Part shown: positions 1-7,852 of the stretch, in pieces
Layout of the letters: each line of letters begins with the position of its first letter
Position numbering within the stretch: the first letter of the stretch is position 1
Translations under genes and position numbers: made by a program
Notes under the pieces: model-generated
Database searches by the model: none
Seen by the model: the letters and a program-made list of their open reading frames with translations, nothing else
Told to the model about the DNA's origin: nothing
DNA from: Chloroflexota bacterium
GTDB taxonomy: Bacteria > Chloroflexota > UBA11872 > VXOZ01
DNA length: 64,000 nt
Assembly: GCA_963662335.2 (NCBI GenBank)
Contig: CAXXVD010000003.1
Span: 480,001 to 544,000, forward strand
Direction: 5' to 3'

Positions 1-358
1 CACGGGCCAGGACGGCGCCGCCGACCGCCTGGAGCACCGCGAACTCTTCTTGCAGGACCACGGCAACATCTTCTACTTCATGAACCGCACCATCTGCGAC
101 GGCCGCTATAAGTTCGTCTTCAACGGCTTCGACTACGACGAACTCTACGACCTGCAAGAAGACCCCCACGAGACCTACAACCTGGCGGAAAATCCGCACT
201 GCGCCGACGTGCGCGAGCGGCTGACCGACCGCCTCTGGGACTGGATGCTGCGGCTGGAAGACCCCTACGCCGGCCGCCAGTACGCGGCGAACGTCATCCT
301 GGGCCGCAGCGAACCGCCGCCCAATCGCAGAGATCCCTCGCCGCGTAAGCTACTGTGA
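1..358 (+). CDS. Sulfatase, C-terminal part (5' truncated by window)
   Basis: Frame open from base 2; RTICDGRYKFVFNG..DELYDLQEDPHETYNLA is the typical sulfatase C-terminal motif. Confidence 0.85.
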   Translation, partial: TGQDGAADRLEHRELFLQDHGNIFYFMNRTICDGRYKFVFNGFDYDELYDLQEDPHETYNLAENPHCADVRERLTDRLWDWMLRLEDPYAGRQYAANVILGRSEPPPNRRDPSPRKLL

Positions 359-496
359 GCGGGCGCGTTCTTTCGTCTTCTCTGCACGCGCATCGTTCGC
401 TCTGAGCCTGTCGCAGGGTGAACGTGGTCTGGGACTGCAAGCTTCGGCTAGACTGGGCCAGCAGGCGGAAAGACGCCCCAACGTTGTCGCATAAAC

Positions 497-609
497 GTAG
501 CGCGGGGGCTTGTCCCCCGCCGGGAGCGCTGGGAACTGCGGTCAAGTCAGCAGATACAGGCGCACGAAGCGTCGCCCCTGCCGCGCCGCAGGTTGCAAAC
601 CTGCGCTAC
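497..609. repeat. Hybrid REP doublet: GTAGCGCGGGGGCTTGTCCCCCGC ... GCAGGTTGCAAACCTGCGCTAC
   Basis: Same two GTAG-headed palindromes recur together at 45605-45695, 51644-51734, 53261-53351. Confidence 0.8.
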
Positions 610-659
610 CGGCCCAGACGTTAGGCGAATTGTGGAAAGGGCTCGTTCCGGGACAAGCC

Positions 660-1415
660 ATGAAGCGCGCACTCATCATCCGCCACGCAGAGCCGGAAAC
701 CCTCGCCGCCAACTTCAGCGGCGTGTTGGCGCGGCACGGCTTTCACCTGGAACCACTCAACGTCTTCGAGGCGGCGCCCGCCTTCGACCGCTTTGCGCCG
801 CCGCCTTTGCAGCGGGTGGACCTCATCGTGGCGTTGGGCGGCCCGCAGTCGGCCAACGACGACTATCCGGCCATTCACCACGAGCGCGCTTATCTGCGCC
901 GGGCGCTGGACGCGGGCACGCCGGTGCTGGGCGTCTGCCTGGGAGCGCAAATCATGGCCACGGCCCTGGGCGGCACGGTGGAACCGACCGGCGGCTACCA
1001 GTTCGGGCTGCGCCGGCTCTCGGTGACCGCCGCCGGGGACGCCGACCCGGTCTTTGGCAAACTGGCCATTCCGCTCGTGCCCACCCTGCACGGGGAGTGT
1101 TTCTCCATCCCCCAGGGGGCTATCCGGCTGGCGGAAGGGTACATGCTCCGGCGCGACGGCAGCTACCGCAGAATCAACATGGCCTTTCGCTACGGCAATT
1201 CCTACGGCTTCCAGTTCGAGCCGCAACTGACGCTGGAAGAACTGCGGGTGTGGAACCGGGAACTCGCCGGCGACTACGCATTGATGGGCGACCGCTTCGA
1301 CCCCCACGAGGAAGCGTCCCGACACCTGCGCGAGTTCGCCCGCTACGAACCCCACTACCGGGAGCAGATGGCCAACCTGCTAACGGCCTTCCTCCACAAC
1401 GCGGGCCTGGCGTAA
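660..1415 (+). CDS. Type 1 glutamine amidotransferase-like protein with atypical triad
   Basis: ATG 660; LGGPQSAND and GVCLGAQ nucleophile elbow; FQFEPQ where QFHPE is expected. Confidence 0.85.
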   Translation: MKRALIIRHAEPETLAANFSGVLARHGFHLEPLNVFEAAPAFDRFAPPPLQRVDLIVALGGPQSANDDYPAIHHERAYLRRALDAGTPVLGVCLGAQIMATALGGTVEPTGGYQFGLRRLSVTAAGDADPVFGKLAIPLVPTLHGECFSIPQGAIRLAEGYMLRRDGSYRRINMAFRYGNSYGFQFEPQLTLEELRVWNRELAGDYALMGDRFDPHEEASRHLREFARYEPHYREQMANLLTAFLHNAGLA

Positions 1416-1427
1416 GGCCGAACTTTC

Positions 1428-1462
1428 CCCTCACCCCGGCCCTCTCCCGGCGGGAGAGGGAG
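1428..1462. repeat. Palindromic repeat family CCCTCACCC..CCCTCTCCC..GGGAGAGGG
   Basis: Further copies near 2958, 3177, 7000, 12855, 20691, 62343. Confidence 0.8.
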
Positions 1463-1490
1463 ATTTGAAGCGGCCGGCCCTGTGCATCGG

Positions 1491-1520
1491 TAGACAACGC
1501 GCTCGCCCGTGGTGTATGAT
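1491..1520 (+). promoter_or_regulatory. Sigma70-type promoter of small transcript
   Basis: TAGACA (1491-1496), 18 bp spacer, TATGAT (1515-1520). Confidence 0.6.
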
Positions 1521-1525
1521 GGGTG

Positions 1526-1670
1526 GCAAGAGAAAGGAGGTGATGCCCATGGATGTAAGTTGTAGATCCAGGGCCGCCTCCGCTAAGTCTCGGTAACGAG
1601 ACCGCGGAGCGGCCGTTGGACAATGAAGGAGCGCTCACGGCGCACGTGCGCCGGGCGCTCCTTTTGTTTT
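1526..1670 (+). ncRNA. Candidate structured small RNA / 15-aa sORF transcript
   Basis: AAAGGAGGTGAT at 1533-1544; ATG 1549 to TAA 1596; multi-stem hairpin 1567-1620 with GTAA loop; terminator 1626-1670. Confidence 0.6.
1626..1670 (+). terminator. Intrinsic terminator
   Basis: AAGGAGCGC...GCGCTCCTT stem followed by TTGTTTT. Confidence 0.75.
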
Positions 1671-1700
1671 GCTCACGTGAAACGTTTGAGGGCGCGCGCG

Positions 1701-1928
1701 TCACTCGGCGAGCAACTTCATGAGTTCGCGGTTTTTCTCTAGGCTATCCCGGAAGTGCGCCATGACTTCGGGACGGGGTGTGCCGTGTCCGCGCGCAGCG
1801 ATGTAGGAGCGTAGGGCAACTTCCAGTACATCCTCGAATCGCCGACCGTCCTGTCTGGCAAGCGTGTGCAAAGCGGCAAGCAACTCAGGGTCAACCTCGC
1901 TGGTGAACTGCTGGCGTTTCTTGGACAC
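1701..1928 (-). CDS. Small ribbon-helix-helix / antitoxin-like protein
   Basis: GTG 1928 after GGAGG; QFTSEVDPELLAALHTLARQDGRRFEDVLEVALRSYI fits the RHH pattern. Confidence 0.7.
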   Translation of the reverse strand: MSKKRQQFTSEVDPELLAALHTLARQDGRRFEDVLEVALRSYIAARGHGTPRPEVMAHFRDSLEKNRELMKLLAE

Positions 1929-2036
1929 GTCTGCCTCCGCAAGATTGCAATTGGGGCGGTTAGCGAACCATCGCTGTGCCTGCCCGCGCACTTAGAACAA
2001 TTGAATCAGCCGGTTAGGCTACCTTTCCAGTGTAGA

Positions 2037-2951
2037 CTATCTGGCCGGCGGCGGATAGGTCGGTTTGCTCTCGTACGGCTCCCCGCCGGTGCGGGTGAAG
2101 AAGCCGGTGGTCTGGCTAAAGCCGGCGTCTTTGGCGTAGATTTCCAGTTCCGGCGCGCGCAGGTTGCCGAGGTTGTCGCGCACGGCGGCGATGTTCGGAT
2201 ACGTGGCGGCGACCGTGTGCTCGTCGATGCGAAAGGCGTTGGCCACCGCGCTCATGGCGTCGGTGGCGCGCTCGGCAAAGGTGTACTTGACCTTGAGCGT
2301 CACCGGGCCTGCCAGCTTCAGGGGTTGCACCACGCCGATCTTGCCCAGCGCCCGCACCGCGCCCTCTGCCGCCGCCTCAGCCGCGGCCTGGGGCGTCATC
2401 GAGATGGCGCTGAAGTGGCTGGTGCCCTTCTTCACCGCCACCGTCTCAATGCCGGGTACCAGGTCCGCCGCTTCCAGGCAGGCCCAGTAGTCGCCGGTGT
2501 TGAGCACCGCCGGCACGTCGTGAATGCCCGCGAACGCCACGAAAATGCCGATTTCGCCCACCAGCAGGTCATTCAGCCAGATGCCCTCCACCGCGCTGTA
2601 GGCGCGAGTAATTGGATGGGGAAGAATTGAATGCCGCCAGCAGCCTTTCTCGCGGTTGCCGGCCATCTCGTGGAAACCAACGAGCATGCCGGCGTCGAAA
2701 GTCTCATCGAGCAGTTCCGTGAAGATGTCGTGGCGGGGCAGGCCGTGGATGATCTGCACCGGCTTGGGCAGCTTGTGGTACTCCATAGTGTGGATGGTGT
2801 TGAGGACGATCTCGCTGACGCCGTTGTCCAGCAGCGCCTCGCAGATCGCCGCTAACTCCATGGTGGCGTATTCGCTGGCGTTCAGGTAGCCCTCGCGCCG
2901 GTTGAAGACGCCGGCCACGCCCTCCTGGTCGGCAAAGATGTAGATCTTCAT
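2037..2951 (-). CDS. M55 family D-aminopeptidase (DppA-like)
   Basis: MKIYIFADQEGVAG; LVGFH, HS, GEIG, TGD, VAVKKG motifs. Confidence 0.8.
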   Translation of the reverse strand: MKIYIFADQEGVAGVFNRREGYLNASEYATMELAAICEALLDNGVSEIVLNTIHTMEYHKLPKPVQIIHGLPRHDIFTELLDETFDAGMLVGFHEMAGNREKGCWRHSILPHPITRAYSAVEGIWLNDLLVGEIGIFVAFAGIHDVPAVLNTGDYWACLEAADLVPGIETVAVKKGTSHFSAISMTPQAAAEAAAEGAVRALGKIGVVQPLKLAGPVTLKVKYTFAERATDAMSAVANAFRIDEHTVAATYPNIAAVRDNLGNLRAPELEIYAKDAGFSQTTGFFTRTGGEPYESKPTYPPPAR

Positions 2952-3227
2952 CTGTTTCCCCTCACCCTGGCCCTCTCCCACGGGGAGAGGGAACGTCTGT
3001 GTAGCGCGGGGGCTTGTCCCCCGCCTCTTGTGCGCTGCCGATACGGGCCTGCCTAGGCAAGTCCCCTAGATTCCTCGCTGCGCTCGGAATGACATTTACC
3101 GACCCCTGTCAGCACGAGGAAAAGGGACATCCCCGTAGCGCGGGGGCTTGTCCCCCGCCTCGGCGAACACAACAACCCTCACCCTAACCCTCACCCGCGG
3201 GGAGAGGGGATCCTGCGCGGTCCGGCC

Positions 3228-4490
3228 TTACTTTGCGTAGTGCGTGAACACCTTGCGCACCGCGCGGGCCATGTCGTGGATCATCTCTTCCGTGCACTTC
3301 TCGTTGACGTGCCGCACGAGCATGCGTTTCAGGATGCCCTCGGCGTTGGGGCACATGCCGGTGTAGTAGCGCACGTCGCGGCCGCTGGCGGGATCCAGCA
3401 GCGGGTAGGCCGACTCGCCAAAGAAGCGGCGGTTCTTCAGCACGTCGTACTCGTAGATGGGTGTGCGCGTATAGCCCGCGCCGAAGCCGACGCCCTCGTG
3501 GGCAAACGCCTGCGACAAGTCGTCCAGTCCCACGGAGAGTTCCTCCAGCTTGGCCAGCGGGCACCAATTCCAAAAGACGTGGGTGCTCTCCGGCGTGGGC
3601 GCGCGCGGCGGGATGACGCCGGGCACGTCCTCCACCAGGTCGCTGAGCAGATTGCCCCACTTGGTGCGCAGGCCCGTAATCGTCGGCAGCTTGCGCAACT
3701 GGGCCAGGCCCACCGCGCCTTGCAGTTCCGTCATGCGGTAGTTTGGCGCCAGGAAGGGCGGCTGGTTCTCGCGGCCGCTGCGGCCGCGGCCCTTGTTGTG
3801 GGCCAGCATGATGCGTTCGCCCAGGTAGTCGTTGTTCGTGACCGTCATGCCGCCGTCGCCGGTGGTCATGTGCTTGCTCTGCTGGAAGGAGTAGCAGCCG
3901 ATGTCGCCGATGGTGCCGGCGTAGCGGCCGTTGTAGGCCGCCATGTGGGACTGGGAACAGTCCTCGATGACGAGCAGGTTGTGCTTGCGCGCCAGTTCCA
4001 CAATCGGGTCCATGACCGCCGGATTGCCCTGCAAGTGCACCACCATGATGGCCACGGTGCGTTCGGTGATGCAGGCCGCGATCGTCTCGGCGGTGATATT
4101 GCCGGAAATCGGGTCTACGTCGGCAAAGACCGGCACGGCAAGCTGGTAGAGGATGGCAATCAGGCTGCCGATGTCCGTAATCGGCGCGACGATGATCTCG
4201 TCGCCGGGGTTCGGTCCCACTGCCAGCACGCCCACGTGCAGCGCGGCGGTGCCGGAAGTGCTGGTGACCGCGTGCTTGACCCCAAAGGTCTTCTTCCACT
4301 CTTCTTCGAATTGCGTGACCTTGGGGCCGCCGAGCACGTTGAGGTTGCCGGAACGGATTACGTCGGTCAGTTCCGCAATCTCTTCATCGCCGAACATGCG
4401 GCCGCTGATGTCGCTGTTGGTGGGGAACTTATAATCGACGGTCCTCGGGCCGCCCTCAATGGCAAGCTGCTCTTGCTCTACGGTCTGCAT
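3228..4490 (-). CDS. DegT/DnrJ/EryC1/StrS PLP-dependent aminotransferase
   Basis: TSGTAALH, IEDCSQSH, SFQQSKHMTTGDGG, NYRMTELQGA. Confidence 0.93.
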   Translation of the reverse strand: MQTVEQEQLAIEGGPRTVDYKFPTNSDISGRMFGDEEIAELTDVIRSGNLNVLGGPKVTQFEEEWKKTFGVKHAVTSTSGTAALHVGVLAVGPNPGDEIIVAPITDIGSLIAILYQLAVPVFADVDPISGNITAETIAACITERTVAIMVVHLQGNPAVMDPIVELARKHNLLVIEDCSQSHMAAYNGRYAGTIGDIGCYSFQQSKHMTTGDGGMTVTNNDYLGERIMLAHNKGRGRSGRENQPPFLAPNYRMTELQGAVGLAQLRKLPTITGLRTKWGNLLSDLVEDVPGVIPPRAPTPESTHVFWNWCPLAKLEELSVGLDDLSQAFAHEGVGFGAGYTRTPIYEYDVLKNRRFFGESAYPLLDPASGRDVRYYTGMCPNAEGILKRMLVRHVNEKCTEEMIHDMARAVRKVFTHYAK

Positions 4491-4643
4491 GGGGTGTTTC
4501 TCCTTGGGTCGCTGCGGGTCTTACCGGGCACGGAATAGGCGAATCGTTGTCCTCATTGTGGACAAACACCAAGGCGAGCGCAAGTGTGCGCCGCGCCCGG
4601 AGATAGAACGCTCAGGTTGGTAGCCTTTGTAGGAAGCGGTTCG

Positions 4644-4719
4644 TGTCATTCCGAGCGCAGCGAGGAATCTAGGATGTTCTCGCTCTAGACTCTTCGTCGC
4701 TGCGCTCCTCAGAATGACA
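4644..4719. repeat. Inverted doublet family TGTCATTCCGAGCGCAGCGAGGAATCT...GAATGACA
   Basis: Full copies also at 6870-6963, 15902-16005, 18128-18231, 21053-21169; half copies near 3068, 10070, 25123, 51740. Confidence 0.85.
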
Positions 4720-4905
4720 GTTGAGAGTTGGCAAAGATATTGAGACGTTATCGTGTTTTGCCTTTGACCAACCCAAGACCATATCGACTAGTCGCGGGCA
4801 GGGGGTGCTTGGGTGTGAGAGGAACGTCGAGAACGAAGGCTCAGTGCCGGCCGTCATTCCGGCGAAAGCCGGAATCCATCTTGCCGCGGCCGCGCTTTTC
4901 AACAT

Positions 4906-4943
4906 AAAAAAGAAAGGACGCACGCTCGTTCGTGCGTCCTTTC
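4906..4943 (-). terminator. Intrinsic terminator of sulfurtransferase gene
   Basis: GAAAGGACGCACG/CGTGCGTCCTTTC stem with minus-strand U tract. Confidence 0.75.
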
Positions 4944-4974
4944 AAGATAAACCAATTTCGCGCGGCGGCAACGC

Positions 4975-5946
4975 CTACGGATTCGAGCCGGTATTGACCG
5001 GCACGTCCGGGTTGTTGCCCCACTCGGCCCACGCGCCGTCGTAGTTCTGGACGTTGTTGTAGCCCAGCAGCCGCGCGACGAAGTAGGCCACCGCCGAACG
5101 CACCGCGGTCTGGCAATGGGCATAGACCACCGTGTCCTCCGAAATGCCGGCGGCGTTGAAGAGTTCCGTGAGTTCCGCGGCCGACTTGAGGGTGCGCACA
5201 TCCGTGCCGTTGAGGTACACCACCCAATCCTGGTTGATGGCGCCCGGAATGTGGCCGCCGCGCTCGGAGCGCGCGTCCCGCCCGGAATACTCGCCGGCGG
5301 AACGGTTATCCAGGATTACGGCATTGCTGTTTTCGTCCGCGATTGCGGCCTGCACCTCATCGATCGTGCCTACCAGCAGCGGATCGAACTCCACCGTGAA
5401 CGTGGTCGCGGCGAACGACGGCACGTCGCTAGTGGCTTCGCGGTCTTCTTCGGCCCACTTGGCGAAGCCGCCGTTCAGCACTTTGGCGTTCTTGTGGCCG
5501 TAAAGCTCGAACGCCCAGAAGACGCGGGTGGCCCACAGGATGTTGCCGCTGCCGTAGACCACAACTTCCTGGTCGTTGCCGATGCCCAGGGCGCCCACCA
5601 GTTCCGCGAACTTGTCCGGCGGCAGCACCATGCCGCTCACCTCGTGATCGGGATCGATGAAGTTGCGCGTGTGGATGTTGATGGCGTTCTTGACGTGGCC
5701 GGCGGCGTATTCGTCGGGGGAGCGCACGTCGATGATGCGCAGATTGGGGTTGTCGAGGTTGGCTGCCAGCCAATCGGTTTCCACCAGCAGGCCGGGGTTG
5801 GCGTAGTCCTGCGGTGGGGCCGGCGCGTCCGCTTCCTGGTCCGCTGCCGGCGCGGCGGCCCCACCGCAGGCGGCGGCGAGCAACGCGCCTCCGGCCGTGA
5901 GACCGGTGAGTTGTAGAAACGTCCGACGGGAAAACCCGCTTAACAT
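4975..5946 (-). CDS. Tandem-domain rhodanese/sulfurtransferase with Tat lipoprotein signal
   Basis: ATG 5946 after GGAGG; SRRTFL...LLAAAC; GHVKNA, GHIPGA, HCQTAVRS, YDGAWAEW. Confidence 0.9.
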   Translation of the reverse strand: MLSGFSRRTFLQLTGLTAGGALLAAACGGAAAPAADQEADAPAPPQDYANPGLLVETDWLAANLDNPNLRIIDVRSPDEYAAGHVKNAINIHTRNFIDPDHEVSGMVLPPDKFAELVGALGIGNDQEVVVYGSGNILWATRVFWAFELYGHKNAKVLNGGFAKWAEEDREATSDVPSFAATTFTVEFDPLLVGTIDEVQAAIADENSNAVILDNRSAGEYSGRDARSERGGHIPGAINQDWVVYLNGTDVRTLKSAAELTELFNAAGISEDTVVYAHCQTAVRSAVAYFVARLLGYNNVQNYDGAWAEWGNNPDVPVNTGSNP

Positions 5947-6012
5947 TGTCCAATGCCTCCCTATAGTGGTTAGGTCAATCGACTTGAGCACGGTCTGGTG
6001 TACTCCTACCTC

Positions 6013-6042
6013 TATCCTAACTAAACTGATCAAGTAAGTCAA
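6013..6042 (-). promoter_or_regulatory. Promoter with overlapping Rrf2 (IscR/CymR)-like operator
   Basis: Minus TTGACT, 17 bp, TAGGAT; plus strand TATCCTAACTAAACTGATCAAGTAA resembles IscR type-1 sites. Confidence 0.55.
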
Positions 6043-6079
6043 CAACATGTACGGGTGTTGGACTGCCTGGGTGAGACGG

Positions 6080-6790
6080 TCAGCGCGGCCGCCCGGCGCG
6101 GATGGTGGCGGCGTTCTTCAGGGCTTCGCGCTTGGAGAGGGCGCTGAGGCGGTCGGCGTTGCGGGCGACGTAGTCCGCGACCGTGGGCAGGTCGGTCCAG
6201 GCCAGGTCACGCAGCGCCCAGCCGATGGCCTTGCGGATGAAGAAATCCGGGTCGTCCAGGTTGGGCTCGATGCAGTCGTAGAGCAAGTCCAGGTCGGTGG
6301 CCTCCTTGCGCTTTACTTGGCAGATGATGGACGAGCGGCGCTTCCAGATATTTTCGTCGCGGCTCCAGGCGCGCATGTGGGCGGCCATCGGCCGGGTGTA
6401 GTTGTCCACCAGTTCGCGCAGCTTGTGAGTAGCCACGTCGTCCACCAGGTCCCACCACGCGCCGCTGACCACCATCTCCTCATAGAGCGGCAGGGTCTCC
6501 AGGGTGCGATAGGCGCGGAACGCCGGCGCGCCGGTCACGTCCAGCGCGGCATAACGCTCCTCGCGGTAGGCGGCATTGCGCCAGAGTTCCAGGACGGCCG
6601 CGAGCCACTCTTCCCTGTTGGCAAGGGGGTAGGCACGCAACGCGGCGCGCACGAGTTTGCGGCGCACGGGAGTCTGCACGCCCCGATACGGCATGGCCGA
6701 CTTCATGTAGGCCTGCATGCCCGGCGCTTTCTCCGGGTTGGCGTGGTCGGCCAGCGCCTGGCGGATAGCGGAAACGAGTTCGTGGGCCAT
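6080..6790 (-). CDS. DNA alkylation repair protein (AlkD-like)
   Basis: MQAYMKS, REERYAA, AWWDLVD, FFIRKAIGWALR. Confidence 0.9.
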   Translation of the reverse strand: MAHELVSAIRQALADHANPEKAPGMQAYMKSAMPYRGVQTPVRRKLVRAALRAYPLANREEWLAAVLELWRNAAYREERYAALDVTGAPAFRAYRTLETLPLYEEMVVSGAWWDLVDDVATHKLRELVDNYTRPMAAHMRAWSRDENIWKRRSSIICQVKRKEATDLDLLYDCIEPNLDDPDFFIRKAIGWALRDLAWTDLPTVADYVARNADRLSALSKREALKNAATIRAGRPR

Positions 6791-7085
6791 GGCGCACTTC
6801 CGAATCCCTCTCCCCGGGAGATCTCTGCTGAACCCCTTCCACCTCGAGGGGCTGGCAGGAATAGGTGTATGTCATTCCGAGCGCAGCGAGGAATCTAGAG
6901 GTGCTGATTCTGCTGGGCAACGCCTTAGATTCCTCACTCCGCTGCGCTCCGTTCGGAATGACAGGTGAAGTTGCTTGTAGAGTATCAGCCCCTGTCAGCC
7001 GGTGAGAGGAGTAGAGTGAGGGGACTCCTAGACGTGGGCATACTCAACCGCTACCGCACGCCCAAGAAAGGCGGAAGCCAAGCCT

Positions 7086-7400
7086 TCAACCCGCCTCCGC
7101 CAGCGGTATGGGGGATGCGCCGCTGTAGTGGACGCCGATGTCGCTGGCCAGGGTCTCCTGGTACTGCCAGTCGGGCACCAGGCAGCGGTAGGGCTTGCGC
7201 AGGAGCACGCGCGGCTCGCCCTGCCACTGGGTGGCGGCCAGGGAGCGCGTCAGATTGACCTGCTGGTACGCCTGCGCGTCGTCCAGCGACGTGTGCAGCG
7301 AGTAGCCGTCCGGATAGTAGCGCCCCTCAGTGGCGCGCCGGCCCCACTCCACGCACCACAAGGCTTGTTCATCCCGCATTGGTATTCCCATTCTTGACAA
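7086..7400 (-). CDS. Hypothetical protein
   Basis: ORF with coding-like composition (WCVEWG..YYPDGYSLH); start uncertain. Confidence 0.55.
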   Translation of the reverse strand: MSRMGIPMRDEQALWCVEWGRRATEGRYYPDGYSLHTSLDDAQAYQQVNLTRSLAATQWQGEPRVLLRKPYRCLVPDWQYQETLASDIGVHYSGASPIPLAEAG

Positions 7401-7488
7401 TCGATTGCTCAGTCTGCAACTTTGACGCGTTCATCGGGTTGCGGACGACTTGGAGACGACCCAATTGCGTATCTAGTGCAGAAGGATG

Positions 7489-7704
7489 TCAACCACCGAA
7501 TATGCGAATTGCGCCAACAAGAACTGCTGCCCACACGGCCATCCCGCCAATCATCCAGCGGGTCAGGCGGATCTCCATCTCGCGGAAGTCAGTCCTCAGT
7601 TTGGCCATTTCGGTCTTTAGGTTAGCAATGTCGGCCTTCGTTGCCAGATGTTCGTAGACGCCTTCAAGGCGACTGAGCCGTTCTTCTACCGTGAGCGCGG
7701 CTAT
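7489..7704 (-). CDS. Small coiled-coil protein with C-terminal membrane anchor (DUF1640/CCDC90-like), ATA start; absent from ORF track
   Basis: AAGGAG, 9 nt, ATA; AALTVEERLSRLEGVYEHLATKADIANLKTEM...RWMIGGMAVWAAVLVGAIRIFGG*. Confidence 0.7.
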   Translation of the reverse strand: MAALTVEERLSRLEGVYEHLATKADIANLKTEMAKLRTDFREMEIRLTRWMIGGMAVWAAVLVGAIRIFGG

Positions 7705-7852
7705 GACCAGATTCTCCTTGTGTACTGCGCTGCCCTCTCATTCTATCACGCGGATTGGAAAAGTACTCCTAAGTAATCCTGTGGCTTTCACACTTGAAAC
7801 TTGCCACACAGCGGATGCGGCCCTCGTGCATCCCTTGGGCTCTCGCTTCGTA

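Noticed and set aside
1533-1547. 16S rRNA fragment on the minus strand
   Set aside because: The match to the 16S 3' end is only 12 nt and flanks are not rRNA-like
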